Assembly: GCA_963766075.1 (NCBI GenBank)
Contig: CAVYAN010000010.1
Span: forward strand, 1 to 64,000
Source: an uncultured cyanobacterium
GTDB taxonomy: Bacteria > Cyanobacteriota > Cyanobacteriia > Leptolyngbyales > Leptolyngbyaceae
DNA: 64,000 bases
Direction of reading: 5' to 3'
Shown here piece after piece: positions 55,084 through 64,000 of the stretch (positions are counted from its first letter, which is position 1; every line of letters starts with the position of its first letter). Made by a program: the position numbers and the translations under genes. The notes under the pieces are model-generated. The model saw nothing but the letters and a program-made list of their open reading frames with translations. It made no database searches and was not told where the DNA came from.

Positions 55084-55460
55084 AGTGAATTTATTTATTA
55101 AGGATATCAAGCACTTAACCAGTAGGCAGAAAAATTATTTGATGGTTGCAAAGATGGCTAAGTAGTTTCTCTAGAAAGTAGTGACTATGTTTACTTGTAG
55201 CTCGCTGCTTAAACTTCAACAGATATTATGCACTGTAGAACACATTTATATATCTGCTCCGATTCATTATTTTAGTGCTAAGGGAGTATGAGATTGGACT
55301 TGCTCCAATCCCTAAACAACTGAAAGTTTCTATCGTAAAGATTGATATGGTATCAGGATAATTCATTCAATTCATACAGTGCTCAAACATGCTTTCAAAC
55401 ATCAGGTTGCTATGTTCATTTTTGACTAATACCTTCTCGTCCAGTTCGGAGATGACCATC

Positions 55461-55945
55461 ATGAGTTTAGACAGTCTAGCGGCTCTCAAGCCCTACCTCG
55501 GCTTTTTCCATCCCATTACCATGTGGATTTTATTGGTCGTTTCACTCTACGCGATGTATCTGGGAGTGCAAGTCCGGCGGACGCGGTTGGCAGACGGCGA
55601 TCTCAAGAAAGAATTAGTGAAGGGTCGGTTTGCCATTCGCCATCATCAAATTGGCTCTATTCTCCTGGCACTGATGGTGATGGGGGCGATCGGGGGAATT
55701 ACAGTGACCTACCTCAACAACGGCAAAATTATGATTGGTCCCCACCTGTTTGCAGGGTTAGGAATGGTCGGGTTGATTGCCACGTCTGCGGCACTGGTTC
55801 CCTTTATGCAAAAACATGACTGGGTTCGCAGCCTCCACATTTCGTTGAACCTGTTTCTGCTAGGACTGTTTGGCTGGCAACTGTAACCGGGGTGCAAATT
55901 GTGCAGAAGATGTTGAGCAAGATGATGACAGATGGTGCAGCGTAA
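55461..55945 (+). CDS. DUF4079-family membrane protein with an apparent frameshift near 55881
   Basis: HPITMW, RHHQIGSILL, GPHLFAGL and LHISLN; the C-terminus continues (A)VTGVQIVQKMLSKMMTDGAA* in another frame. Confidence 0.8.
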
Positions 55946-55976
55946 GTACGGATTCATCCGGTGGAATCTGACACTG

Positions 55977-56546
55977 TCATGATTTCGCGATCGCTTCTCC
56001 TGCGGCTTTCCACCCTGCAAAACTTGGCGGAAAGCCCCGGACATTGTCGTAGCCCAACAGGTGTAACGTCATCACTCCCATTGCCGATCGGTAACCTGTA
56101 GAACAGTACAGCACTACAGGGCGATTATGTGGAATTTGGGTCAGGGTTGCGGTCAATGTTCGGAGCGGAATATTGACCGCATCGGGGATATGTCCCGACT
56201 GATACTCAGAGGGTTCTCGCACATCCACCAAAACGATTTGGGGATTTTCTAGCAGGCTTTTCAACCCCTCGATATTGGCGATCGTGTAATAGCCCGACGG
56301 AATCGATGTGAGATACTGATCCACGGCTGATTCTAAGTTAGGAAATCCTTGTGGATCTGGCAGAACCTTGATGTCACCTGTTGAGGCTGATGAAGTGAGC
56401 GTAGCAGCCAGAATCGGGGTTTGCCCCATACTAAAACAGAGGCAAACCCATAGGGCGAGTCCCAGCAATATAGCCTGAATTGACTTCTTGGGTATCATAC
56501 GGTTTTTCCTGAAATAGAGGTCTCTTCGATTTGCTGTGTCAGTCAA
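55977..56546 (-). CDS. Rhodanese-domain protein with signal peptide; likely start at MIPKK
   Basis: VDVREPSEY..GHIPDAVNIP and active loop YCSTGYRS. Confidence 0.88.
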   Translation of the reverse strand: MTDTANRRDLYFRKNRMIPKKSIQAILLGLALWVCLCFSMGQTPILAATLTSSASTGDIKVLPDPQGFPNLESAVDQYLTSIPSGYYTIANIEGLKSLLENPQIVLVDVREPSEYQSGHIPDAVNIPLRTLTATLTQIPHNRPVVLYCSTGYRSAMGVMTLHLLGYDNVRGFPPSFAGWKAAGEAIAKS

Positions 56547-56621
56547 CCGAATCGTTCATGAGAAGGAAACCAGAATCGATTAAGAAAAGATGCTTTCCGA
56601 AATGTCCAAGGGATCATGCCA

Positions 56622-59600
56622 TTAACCCATTATGTTGGTGATAGGCTGCTCCACTTCATCTCCAGAATTATTTTGATTCAATTTTCCTTTGCGATCGCGC
56701 CAGAGTTTGTAATAGAGAATAGGAACGGCCGATCGCGACAGTAACAGGGATGCCACTTCACCCGCCATCAACGAGATTGCTAATCCCTGGAAAATCGGAT
56801 CAGCCAAAATGATAGCTGATCCCACAAACACAGCCGCAGCCGTGAGCAGCATGGGCCGGAATCGGACAGCCCCCGCATCGATTACGGCTTCTTCTAGAGG
56901 CATGCCTTCTTTCAAGCGTAATTCAATGAAGTCCACCAGAATAATCGAGTTGCGCACCACAATCCCGGCTCCGGCGATGAAACCAATCATCGATGTTGCC
57001 GTAAAAAATGACCCCATTAACCAATGGGCAGGCATAATGCCGATCAGCGAAAAAGGAATTGCCGCCATGATCACCAGCGGGGTTGCAAAGGAGTGAAACC
57101 AGCCCACCATCAAGGCATAAATCAGCAATAGCACCACCGCAAAGGCAATCCCCAGATCACGAAAGACCTCATAGGTGACTTGCCATTCCCCATCCCACTT
57201 GATTGCGTAGGTTTCGGTGGTTGGGGGCTGTTCCGTCAGGTAGGTCTGAACCTTAGTGCCAGTGGTCGGAACGAGCTTATCGATCTGCGGTTGGAGGCTG
57301 AGCATCGCATAAACAGCACTCTCGACCTTGCCGGAAACGTCACCCAGGACATAGACAACGGGCTGCAAGTTTTTGTGGTAAATGCTGGTATCTGCCGTCG
57401 TCGTTTCCGTTTTCACCAGGGCACTCAAGGGGACTAAATTACCCGTTGCTCCCTTGAGGTTGAGAGCTTTCAGGTCATCCAGACTGGTACGACTTGATGG
57501 GCTGAACCGCAGATTAATCGCCACATCCTCACGGGCATTTTCATCATGGAGTAGCCCCACGTTTTGTCCCGATAGCGCCATTTGCAAGACTTCGGAAATC
57601 TGGGTAGGACTAATACCATTGAGGGCGGCTTTCTCGCGATCGATCACTAGGCGATAATCCGTCTGGGGTGCTTCCACATACCAGTCTACATCGACGACTC
57701 CATCGGTTGACTGATACAACTGGCGAATTTTGGTGGCGAGGTCAATTTGGCCTTGATAATCGGGACCATACACCTCAGTCACCAGCGTTTGCAGCACTGG
57801 GGGCCCAGGGGGAATTTCGGCAACTTGGATGCGGGCATTGTAGCGATCGCCAATTTCCTTCAACTTAGGACGAATCGCTTTGGCAATATCGTGACTCTGA
57901 CGCTGGCGATAGCCTTTGGGCAAAAAGTTCACTTGAATATCCGCAACATTGGATCCCGATCGCAAAAAGTAATGTCGCACCAACCCATTGAAATTATAGG
58001 GAGAAGACGTGCCGACATAACTTTGATAGTGAATCACTTCCGGGACGGTCGCCAGATACTGTCCCATTTCTCGCGTTGCTCTAGCGGTCTGCTCTAGCGT
58101 TGTGCCTTCCGGCATATTCACGACCACCTGCAACTCGCTCTTGTTGTCAAACGGCAGCATCTTGAGAATCACCCGCTTAAAGCCTGCGAGCCCACCGACA
58201 ATACAGACCAAAGCCAACACCGTTGCGATCAGAAACGTGGTTCCCCGTCGCGGATAATGCACCAGGGGATACATAAATCGGCGATACAAGTGACTCAGGG
58301 CATCCTCTCCATGATCATGGGCAGCGTGACTGGCACCGCTAAAGACTCGCATCGTGGTCCAGGGCACCACAATGAAAGCGACCAATGCCGAAAAAATCAT
58401 CGCAGCCGAGGCACCCAACGGGATGGGCAGCATGTACGGTCCCATTAAGCCGCCCACAAACGCCATGGGCAGAATCGCCGCAATCACTGCTAACGTAGCC
58501 AGAATGGTAGGGTTGCCCACCTCATCCACCGCTTCCAGCACGATCTGTTGCAGGGTGCGCCGCCGATTGACCGACTGCTGTAGGCGCGTTTTATTTTCAG
58601 GCAGTTGGAGATGACGACCCACATTTTCCACAACCACGATCGCATCGTCTACCAGAATTCCAATCGAGAAGATGAGGGCAAAGAATGTGACCCGATTCAG
58701 GGTGAAGTGATAGAAAACAAAACTAGCCAGTGTTAATGCTAAGGTAACCGGAATCGATACCGCCACCACCATGGCCTCTTTTTTGCCCATCACAAACCAC
58801 ATCAGGATCGTCACCGAGCCCATGGCAATCAGCATATGGAACAGGAGTTCATTAGACCGTTCAGCCGCTGTTTCGCCATAGTCCCGTGTGACGGTGAGAT
58901 GAACCGTCTTGGGAATATAGTTGTGTTTAATTTGCTCCAGCTTGTGGAGAACATGGTGAGAGACCTGAATTGCGTTAGCTCCAGACCGCTTGGCGATCGC
59001 GATCGTCACCGCCTCCGTTTCACCGAGAAATTTTGAATTTTGAATTTTGAATTTTGAATTCCCCCCTGCTCCTTGCCCAAAGAACACATAACTAGCAGGT
59101 TCTTCTGAACCATCCGTAACGGTAGCGACATCCCGTAAATAAACCGGTTGATTGTTGGCAACCGCAACCACCAATCCTTTCGCCTCTTCCGCCGATCGCA
59201 TAAAACTTTGGGTTCTAACCAAAAATGATTGATTATTCTGGTTGAAAGCCCCACTGGCCAGCTCAGTATTTTGCCCCTGAAAGGCTTTTGAGATCTCTAA
59301 GGGGGTTAAGCCATAGGCCTTGAGCCGGGTTGGCTCGAGATTGACGCGTAATTGCCGTTTTTGTCCCCCGATGATCGTCGTTTCTGAAACATCGGGAACC
59401 TGCTTGATTTGCTCATCTAATTGGGCCGCAATTTGCCGTAATTCTGCTCCAGTACTTTGTTCGCCCCATAGCGTGAGCGTCAGAATGGGGACATCATCAA
59501 TGGATCTTGACTTGATCAACGGTTGAGAAACGCCCGGTGGAATCTTGTCAAAGTTGGCGTAGAGCTTGTTGTAAAGCTGCACCACAGCATCTTCTGGGTT

Positions 59601-59960
59601 TTGTCCCACTAGAAAGCGCACAATCACCAGGGATGAACCCGGACGCGATGTGGAATAGACATATTCCACGCCCGGAAGTTCTTTGATTAACTTCTCCAGG
59701 GGGGCGGTGACCCGCTGTTCCACATCTTTGGCAGAGGCTCCTGGCATTTGCACGAACACATCGGCCATCGGCACGGTGATTTGTGGTTCCTCTTCCCGTG
59801 GTAAAATCAGAGTTGCTCCAAGGCCCAACAGCAGTGCCACCAGGATGATCAGGGGTGTCAGCTTGGAGTCGATGAATTTCTTGGCTAAATTACCAACGAA
59901 GCCTAATTTAGGGTGATGGGAGGATGGGGATTGATGTCCATTCGGTTCGTTCTGCGTCAT
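56622..59960 (-). CDS. RND efflux permease (AcrB/AcrD/AcrF family)
   Basis: [34 protein letters not shown] and RFRPMLLT. Confidence 0.93.
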   Translation of the reverse strand: MTQNEPNGHQSPSSHHPKLGFVGNLAKKFIDSKLTPLIILVALLLGLGATLILPREEEPQITVPMADVFVQMPGASAKDVEQRVTAPLEKLIKELPGVEYVYSTSRPGSSLVIVRFLVGQNPEDAVVQLYNKLYANFDKIPPGVSQPLIKSRSIDDVPILTLTLWGEQSTGAELRQIAAQLDEQIKQVPDVSETTIIGGQKRQLRVNLEPTRLKAYGLTPLEISKAFQGQNTELASGAFNQNNQSFLVRTQSFMRSAEEAKGLVVAVANNQPVYLRDVATVTDGSEEPASYVFFGQGAGGNSKFKIQNSKFLGETEAVTIAIAKRSGANAIQVSHHVLHKLEQIKHNYIPKTVHLTVTRDYGETAAERSNELLFHMLIAMGSVTILMWFVMGKKEAMVVAVSIPVTLALTLASFVFYHFTLNRVTFFALIFSIGILVDDAIVVVENVGRHLQLPENKTRLQQSVNRRRTLQQIVLEAVDEVGNPTILATLAVIAAILPMAFVGGLMGPYMLPIPLGASAAMIFSALVAFIVVPWTTMRVFSGASHAAHDHGEDALSHLYRRFMYPLVHYPRRGTTFLIATVLALVCIVGGLAGFKRVILKMLPFDNKSELQVVVNMPEGTTLEQTARATREMGQYLATVPEVIHYQSYVGTSSPYNFNGLVRHYFLRSGSNVADIQVNFLPKGYRQRQSHDIAKAIRPKLKEIGDRYNARIQVAEIPPGPPVLQTLVTEVYGPDYQGQIDLATKIRQLYQSTDGVVDVDWYVEAPQTDYRLVIDREKAALNGISPTQISEVLQMALSGQNVGLLHDENAREDVAINLRFSPSSRTSLDDLKALNLKGATGNLVPLSALVKTETTTADTSIYHKNLQPVVYVLGDVSGKVESAVYAMLSLQPQIDKLVPTTGTKVQTYLTEQPPTTETYAIKWDGEWQVTYEVFRDLGIAFAVVLLLIYALMVGWFHSFATPLVIMAAIPFSLIGIMPAHWLMGSFFTATSMIGFIAGAGIVVRNSIILVDFIELRLKEGMPLEEAVIDAGAVRFRPMLLTAAAVFVGSAIILADPIFQGLAISLMAGEVASLLLSRSAVPILYYKLWRDRKGKLNQNNSGDEVEQPITNIMG
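59029..59060. repeat. STRR-type heptamer tandem repeat (AATTTTG)n inside the RND gene
   Basis: aattttgaattttgaattttgaattttgaatt; encodes [11 protein letters not shown] on the minus strand. Confidence 0.85.
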
Positions 59961-59972
59961 TTCTTTACTCCC

Positions 59973-61319
59973 CTATTCCCGCAGGGCGATGGGTTGTCCG
60001 TCGCTGAGTTGGCTGATGTTGCTGGTGATGATGCGATCGCCTGCCATCAGACCTGAAACAATCTCGATCTGGTCATTTTGCGATTTCCCGGTTTTAACCC
60101 AACGCAGTGCTGCCGTCGATTGATTGGATGAATTCGTCTCTATCCCATAAACTCCCTGCAATTGGCCGCGTTGAATCAGAGCCGCCGTGGGAATGAGAAT
60201 GGTTTCCTGTTTTTCATCTAAAGGCAGGACGATCCGGCCAAACATCCCGGAAATCAACCTGCCGGAATTTTTGAGCGAAATCTTGACCAGGAAGCTGCGA
60301 GAAGTGGGGTCTGAGGCCGGAACAATTTGCTGAATCGTTGCTGGCAATGTTTGATTTACGGCATCGACTCGAACTTTGACAGGTTGACCAACCCGCACGA
60401 ACCGCACATTTTCTTCAGGCACAGCAATCTCCAGTTGGAGTCGGTCTGGATTTTCGACTTTCAGCAGTGCTGTTCCCGGAGCGGCCATTTCCCCTTCGTA
60501 GGCCAGTTTTTGAACGACTACCCCGTCAAAGGGGGCAACCACTGTACCGTAACTCTCGCTGATCGAGGCCGATGCGACACCTGATTCTGCCTGGTGGACC
60601 GATGACTGGGACTGCTCCACCGCTGCCCCAGCCTGCCCAATCGCAGCTTTGGCTTGGCGAACTCCCGCCTCGACTTGGACGACCTTGGCTTGGGCCTGGG
60701 CTAAGGCCGTATTGGCCTGATCCAGGCGTTCTTGGGAAACGGCCCCCTCGGCGCGGAGGCTGGCCATCCGGCCCTGATCAATTTTGGCCAGTTGCAGTGC
60801 TGCTTGCGCCTCAATTTTTTGCGCATCTAGCTGGCTGAGGGTGGCTTGCGATCGAGATAACTCAGCCTGAGCCTGAACCACCCCAGCCTGGGCCTGAACC
60901 ACCCCAGATCTTGCCTGGTCAGTTTGGGCAGAGATGTCGGTCACGTCAATCTGAGCTAGCACCGCTCCCTTGCGAAAGCGATCGCCGGATTCCAGCGCCA
61001 GTTGCGTGATCCGCCCCATCACCCGAGTAGACAGGGTAGCTTGTTCCAGAGGGCGAATTGTCCCCGAGAGTTCCAGCGTATTGGCGATCGCCTGGGCGCG
61101 AATCTCTAGAGTCTTCACCGCGATCGCTGGGACTGATACGGCGGCTGGTGCATCAGACACACGCGTAATGTGCAGAATCCCCCAGATGCCCCCTGTCAGC
61201 AGTAAGGAGCCTCCCAGCAACAGTCCCCACTGCTTTCGCGACAATTTTGGGGATGGCCGGTGGTTTTCTCTGAGCAATACGATCCCTCGATACGCTTCAT
61301 CCGAAGTCGTGTGAGTCAT
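59973..61319 (-). CDS. RND efflux membrane fusion (periplasmic adaptor) protein
   Basis: TM anchor, LSTRVMGRI, long Ala/Gln coiled coil, APFDGVV, DPTSRSF and EIVSGL. Confidence 0.9.
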   Translation of the reverse strand: MTHTTSDEAYRGIVLLRENHRPSPKLSRKQWGLLLGGSLLLTGGIWGILHITRVSDAPAAVSVPAIAVKTLEIRAQAIANTLELSGTIRPLEQATLSTRVMGRITQLALESGDRFRKGAVLAQIDVTDISAQTDQARSGVVQAQAGVVQAQAELSRSQATLSQLDAQKIEAQAALQLAKIDQGRMASLRAEGAVSQERLDQANTALAQAQAKVVQVEAGVRQAKAAIGQAGAAVEQSQSSVHQAESGVASASISESYGTVVAPFDGVVVQKLAYEGEMAAPGTALLKVENPDRLQLEIAVPEENVRFVRVGQPVKVRVDAVNQTLPATIQQIVPASDPTSRSFLVKISLKNSGRLISGMFGRIVLPLDEKQETILIPTAALIQRGQLQGVYGIETNSSNQSTAALRWVKTGKSQNDQIEIVSGLMAGDRIITSNISQLSDGQPIALRE

Positions 61320-61334
61320 AGTTCTTCTTTCTCG

Positions 61335-61688
61335 CTAAAAGCGATTGCCTCGCTGTACAGAATATCCAGCGCTTTGCCATGCCAGTAGGCCCCCCTGCAG
61401 GTTGTAGACCTGACGGTAACCTTGAGTGACTAATTCTTGAGCGGCGATCGCGCTTCGATGGCCCGATAGGCACGTAATCGCGATCGGCTGGTCTTTAGAG
61501 ATGGTCTTCAGAATGCGATCGCGGCTTAACCGTTGTGCTCCGGGCACATGTCCCATCACGTATTCTAACCAGCCCCGCACATCAATCACCAAGAGTTGCT
61601 GTTGGCGTGACTTCAGTTGTATAGGCGTGAGTAAAACCGGGTTCATTGTTTGCTTCTGAATGTGTTGCTGAGTTGATTTCATTTTCAT
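61335..61688 (-). CDS. Single-domain rhodanese (sulfurtransferase)
   Basis: IDVR..EY..GHVPGA, CLSGHRS and NLQGGLLAW. Confidence 0.88.
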   Translation of the reverse strand: MKMKSTQQHIQKQTMNPVLLTPIQLKSRQQQLLVIDVRGWLEYVMGHVPGAQRLSRDRILKTISKDQPIAITCLSGHRSAIAAQELVTQGYRQVYNLQGGLLAWQSAGYSVQRGNRF

Positions 61689-61701
61689 AGGTTTTTCCTG
61701 C

Positions 61702-62103
61702 TTAAATTCGACTCATCACGGCGAATGATTTAACGAACGGTCCGGCCATTCTGGGATCTTTAATCATGGCGGTGTAGTCTCCCACTCGAAATTGCAACTT
61801 GCGAGTGATGTACGCCATGCTTAATCCCATCATGTTCAACCCTTTGGTTTTCCACTGTTGCCAGTGGTCGCGATCGGCGCGTAAATCCCAATTTAGTTTT
61901 TGGCCGGCATAGGTTTCCGCAGCCACCGCTCGTCCCGCTTGAATCGTGAGAACGCCGACCGGATTGACATCCTCTTCAAAGCCATAACCGATGACTGAAT
62001 CGAAGTAAATCTCGGCCAGAGCATGGGCTAGCTCGGGTTCCGCATTCCACTGTTCAGCAAACCTCTGCATCCATTCGGGTGAAAACAAATCTAAATCTGT
62101 CAT
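61702..62103 (-). CDS. SCP2 sterol-binding-like domain protein
   Basis: LFSPEWMQRFAEQWNAEPEL...WDLRA...LQFRVGDY..MIKDPRMAGPF; GGAG RBS before MTDLD. Confidence 0.7.
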   Translation of the reverse strand: MTDLDLFSPEWMQRFAEQWNAEPELAHALAEIYFDSVIGYGFEEDVNPVGVLTIQAGRAVAAETYAGQKLNWDLRADRDHWQQWKTKGLNMMGLSMAYITRKLQFRVGDYTAMIKDPRMAGPFVKSFAVMSRI

Positions 62104-62129
62104 TGGTTTCTCCCCATTAATTTTGAACA

Positions 62130-62669
62130 TTATTCGTAACTGGAAACAGTCCGCCATTCTTGAACTAATGACGGTGAAACAGAGAGCCTGATGGCCTCTC
62201 CCTGGAGCGTCGGCAAGGCCAACGTGAGGGGAATCTCTGCTTGTAACTGCGAGAGTAGCGGCTGAAGATCGTACTGCCCTACGTTGGGTTCAAGGTGATT
62301 GCGCTCCGTGAAGATATCGTGGGTGGTATCAGTCGCCACTAGGGTATTTCCCAGGGAGTTGGTTAACGTCAGGGGATGGGCGCGATCGATTTCAACCCCG
62401 CCTGGGAATCCCACTAACCGCAACTCGAAGCTGGTTTTGCCATCGGGGCGGATGCGCTTGAAGGCTACTGTCTGCCAGCTATTGCCATGCTGATCTTTGA
62501 GGGTTTGGCGGGCCTGATAAACGATTTGTCCCGGTGCTTCCTCCAGTTGACGGATAGCAGCAGTGGCACTGGGTAGATTCAGCATCCCCACCCCCAGCAG
62601 CACACCCAGAATAATCGCACCCAACAACAATAACCCTGAAAAAAACTTCCGAATTTGACATCCCATCAC
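62130..62669 (-). CDS. DUF3122-like exported protein
   Basis: Signal peptide; RQTLKDQHGNSWQ.VAFKR, LRLVGFPG and NVGQYDL. Confidence 0.75.
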   Translation of the reverse strand: MMGCQIRKFFSGLLLLGAIILGVLLGVGMLNLPSATAAIRQLEEAPGQIVYQARQTLKDQHGNSWQTVAFKRIRPDGKTSFELRLVGFPGGVEIDRAHPLTLTNSLGNTLVATDTTHDIFTERNHLEPNVGQYDLQPLLSQLQAEIPLTLALPTLQGEAIRLSVSPSLVQEWRTVSSYE

Positions 62670-62678
62670 TATGGACTC

Positions 62679-63044
62679 CTATTGAGGATTAAGAGCTCGA
62701 TGAGTCTGCGTGCACAAGGCCAGCAGCTCCGGATCAATCACTCGGTAATACCGCCAAATCCCTTCCCGACGACAGGCAACAACTCCAGCATCTTTCATCA
62801 AGCGTAAGTGTTTGGAAACATTGCCTTGGTGTAACTGCGTGCGATCGCAAATTTTCTGGACGCTGCGTTCCTGATCACAAATCGTCATCAGAATTTGTAG
62901 CCTTGTGGGTTCCGCTAAAATTTTGAACCGATTGGCCAGCGCCTCCAGTTCATCTGGGGTTAGTGCCATCTCCATATGCAGAGACTCCTCACGATTTAAG
63001 CTGAAAGAGTTGAGGAACGTGTGAGGTTTTTTTTCTTCAGACAA
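62679..63044 (-). CDS. ArsR/SmtB-family transcriptional regulator
   Basis: FKILAEPTRLQIL, QGNVSKHLRLM and RREG..RYY; four Cys residues. Confidence 0.9.
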   Translation of the reverse strand: MSEEKKPHTFLNSFSLNREESLHMEMALTPDELEALANRFKILAEPTRLQILMTICDQERSVQKICDRTQLHQGNVSKHLRLMKDAGVVACRREGIWRYYRVIDPELLALCTQTHRALNPQ

Positions 63045-64000
63045 TCGGATGCTCCACCTTTAAACTGGCATCAGCCGACACAGGCTCCACCAGCGGTAAC
63101 CCGATCGCCCGAAAGCCCCAACGCTCAAACCAAGGAATCGTCCATCCCAGGCGCATTTTCGGTCAGAAAATATTTCTCAAATCCTAACTTCATCCAAGAC
63201 ACCCAAATGCCGTGATAGGTGAGTGCCCGGTGGCGATGCCCGGACTCATCCGGTAGGAGCGGATCAGCTAAAAATAGGGCTCCCGTATCGCCAAAATCTG
63301 CAAAGCAAACGGCCTGTAGAGTGGGCTTAAGCTGTGGACCCGAGGTAACCCCCAACTCTAGAGCAATATTATGGGCCACGGAAAGTGCCATTTCTTCAGT
63401 CATCAGGCCCACTTTGGGCGCACCGGTGGGGATGGGGGTTTGCTCCACGGCCTTGAGTTGGGTAATCACCCCCACGGCATAAATCGACTCAAAGTCAGGG
63501 TGACGATAGGTCGGCAATACGGGGATAAACCCCTTGGCATCGGTTAAACCCGGAGCCTCCCGCAGGAAGCGCGGACCGCGAAAAGGCGGCAGAACCATCA
63601 CAAATTTAGCGGGAATCCTGCGGCCATCCGCTAGGTGAACCGCATCTGGTGCAAAATGCGAAATGGCCGTGTTTTCCATCAGCTCAATTTCGCGATCGGC
63701 CATGAATTTGCGCATCAGCCAGCGGGAATCGGCCATTCCGCCGATACCCAAATGTCCGGCGTAGGGTTCTGAGGTAATGAAGGTGATCGGAACTTGAGCT
63801 CGCAGTCCTTTCTGCTTCAAAACATGATGGATTAAGAACGCAAACTCATAAGCAGGGCCAAAACAACTGGCTCCTGGTGCCGCCCCGACAACAATTGGCC
63901 CCGGATCGGCTAAAAATTTCTCCCAGGCGGCCCCCGCCAACACAGCATGATGCGGATTACACACAGACTGGGTGTAGCCTCCTTCTGGACCTAGTCCAGG
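63037..64000 (-). CDS. sqr: Sulfide:quinone oxidoreductase (5' end outside the window; apparent frameshift near 63161)
   Basis: GASCFGPAYEF, SEPYAGHLG, IYAVG, PKVG.MTE, CFADFGD and KLGFEKYFL; the C-terminus KMRLGWTIPWFERWGFRAIGLPLVEP continues in another frame to a stop at 63037. Confidence 0.88.

Overview
Cyanobacterial genomic DNA, judged by frequent HIP1 octamers (GCGATCGC) and cyanobacteria-type genes. Four blocks: (1) 1-1868, a tandem pair of IS630 transposase copies abutting a GTAG-type REP, followed by a CAP-domain gene; (2) 2.8-10.7 kb, ordinary genes (methyltransferase, ABM-like protein, tatA, GTPase, metH); (3) 12.2-51.5 kb, a colinear FAAL-initiated hybrid PKS/NRPS cluster plus exporters. 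Its assembly line reads FAAL-ACP-KS-AT(dead)-KR-ACP | KS-AT-ACP-4x(C-A-PCP) | C-A-PCP | KS-AT-KR-ACP-TE. Hand-read A-domain codes suggest acyl-Cys?-Lys?-Gly-Tyr-Cys?-ketide with no heterocyclisation domains. It is followed by devB/devC/devC and an unusual MFS-ABC ATPase-tandem repeat-receiver ORF; (4) 51.6-64 kb, an ISAs1 element and then a sulfur/redox island (sqr, ArsR, SCP2, two rhodaneses, RND pump, extra Rieske petC, DsbA-like, truncated thioredoxin-like gene). About ten reading-frame breaks, including one in metH, suggest residual sequencing errors rather than true pseudogenes. All domain and substrate calls come from motifs read by eye; no database search was run.
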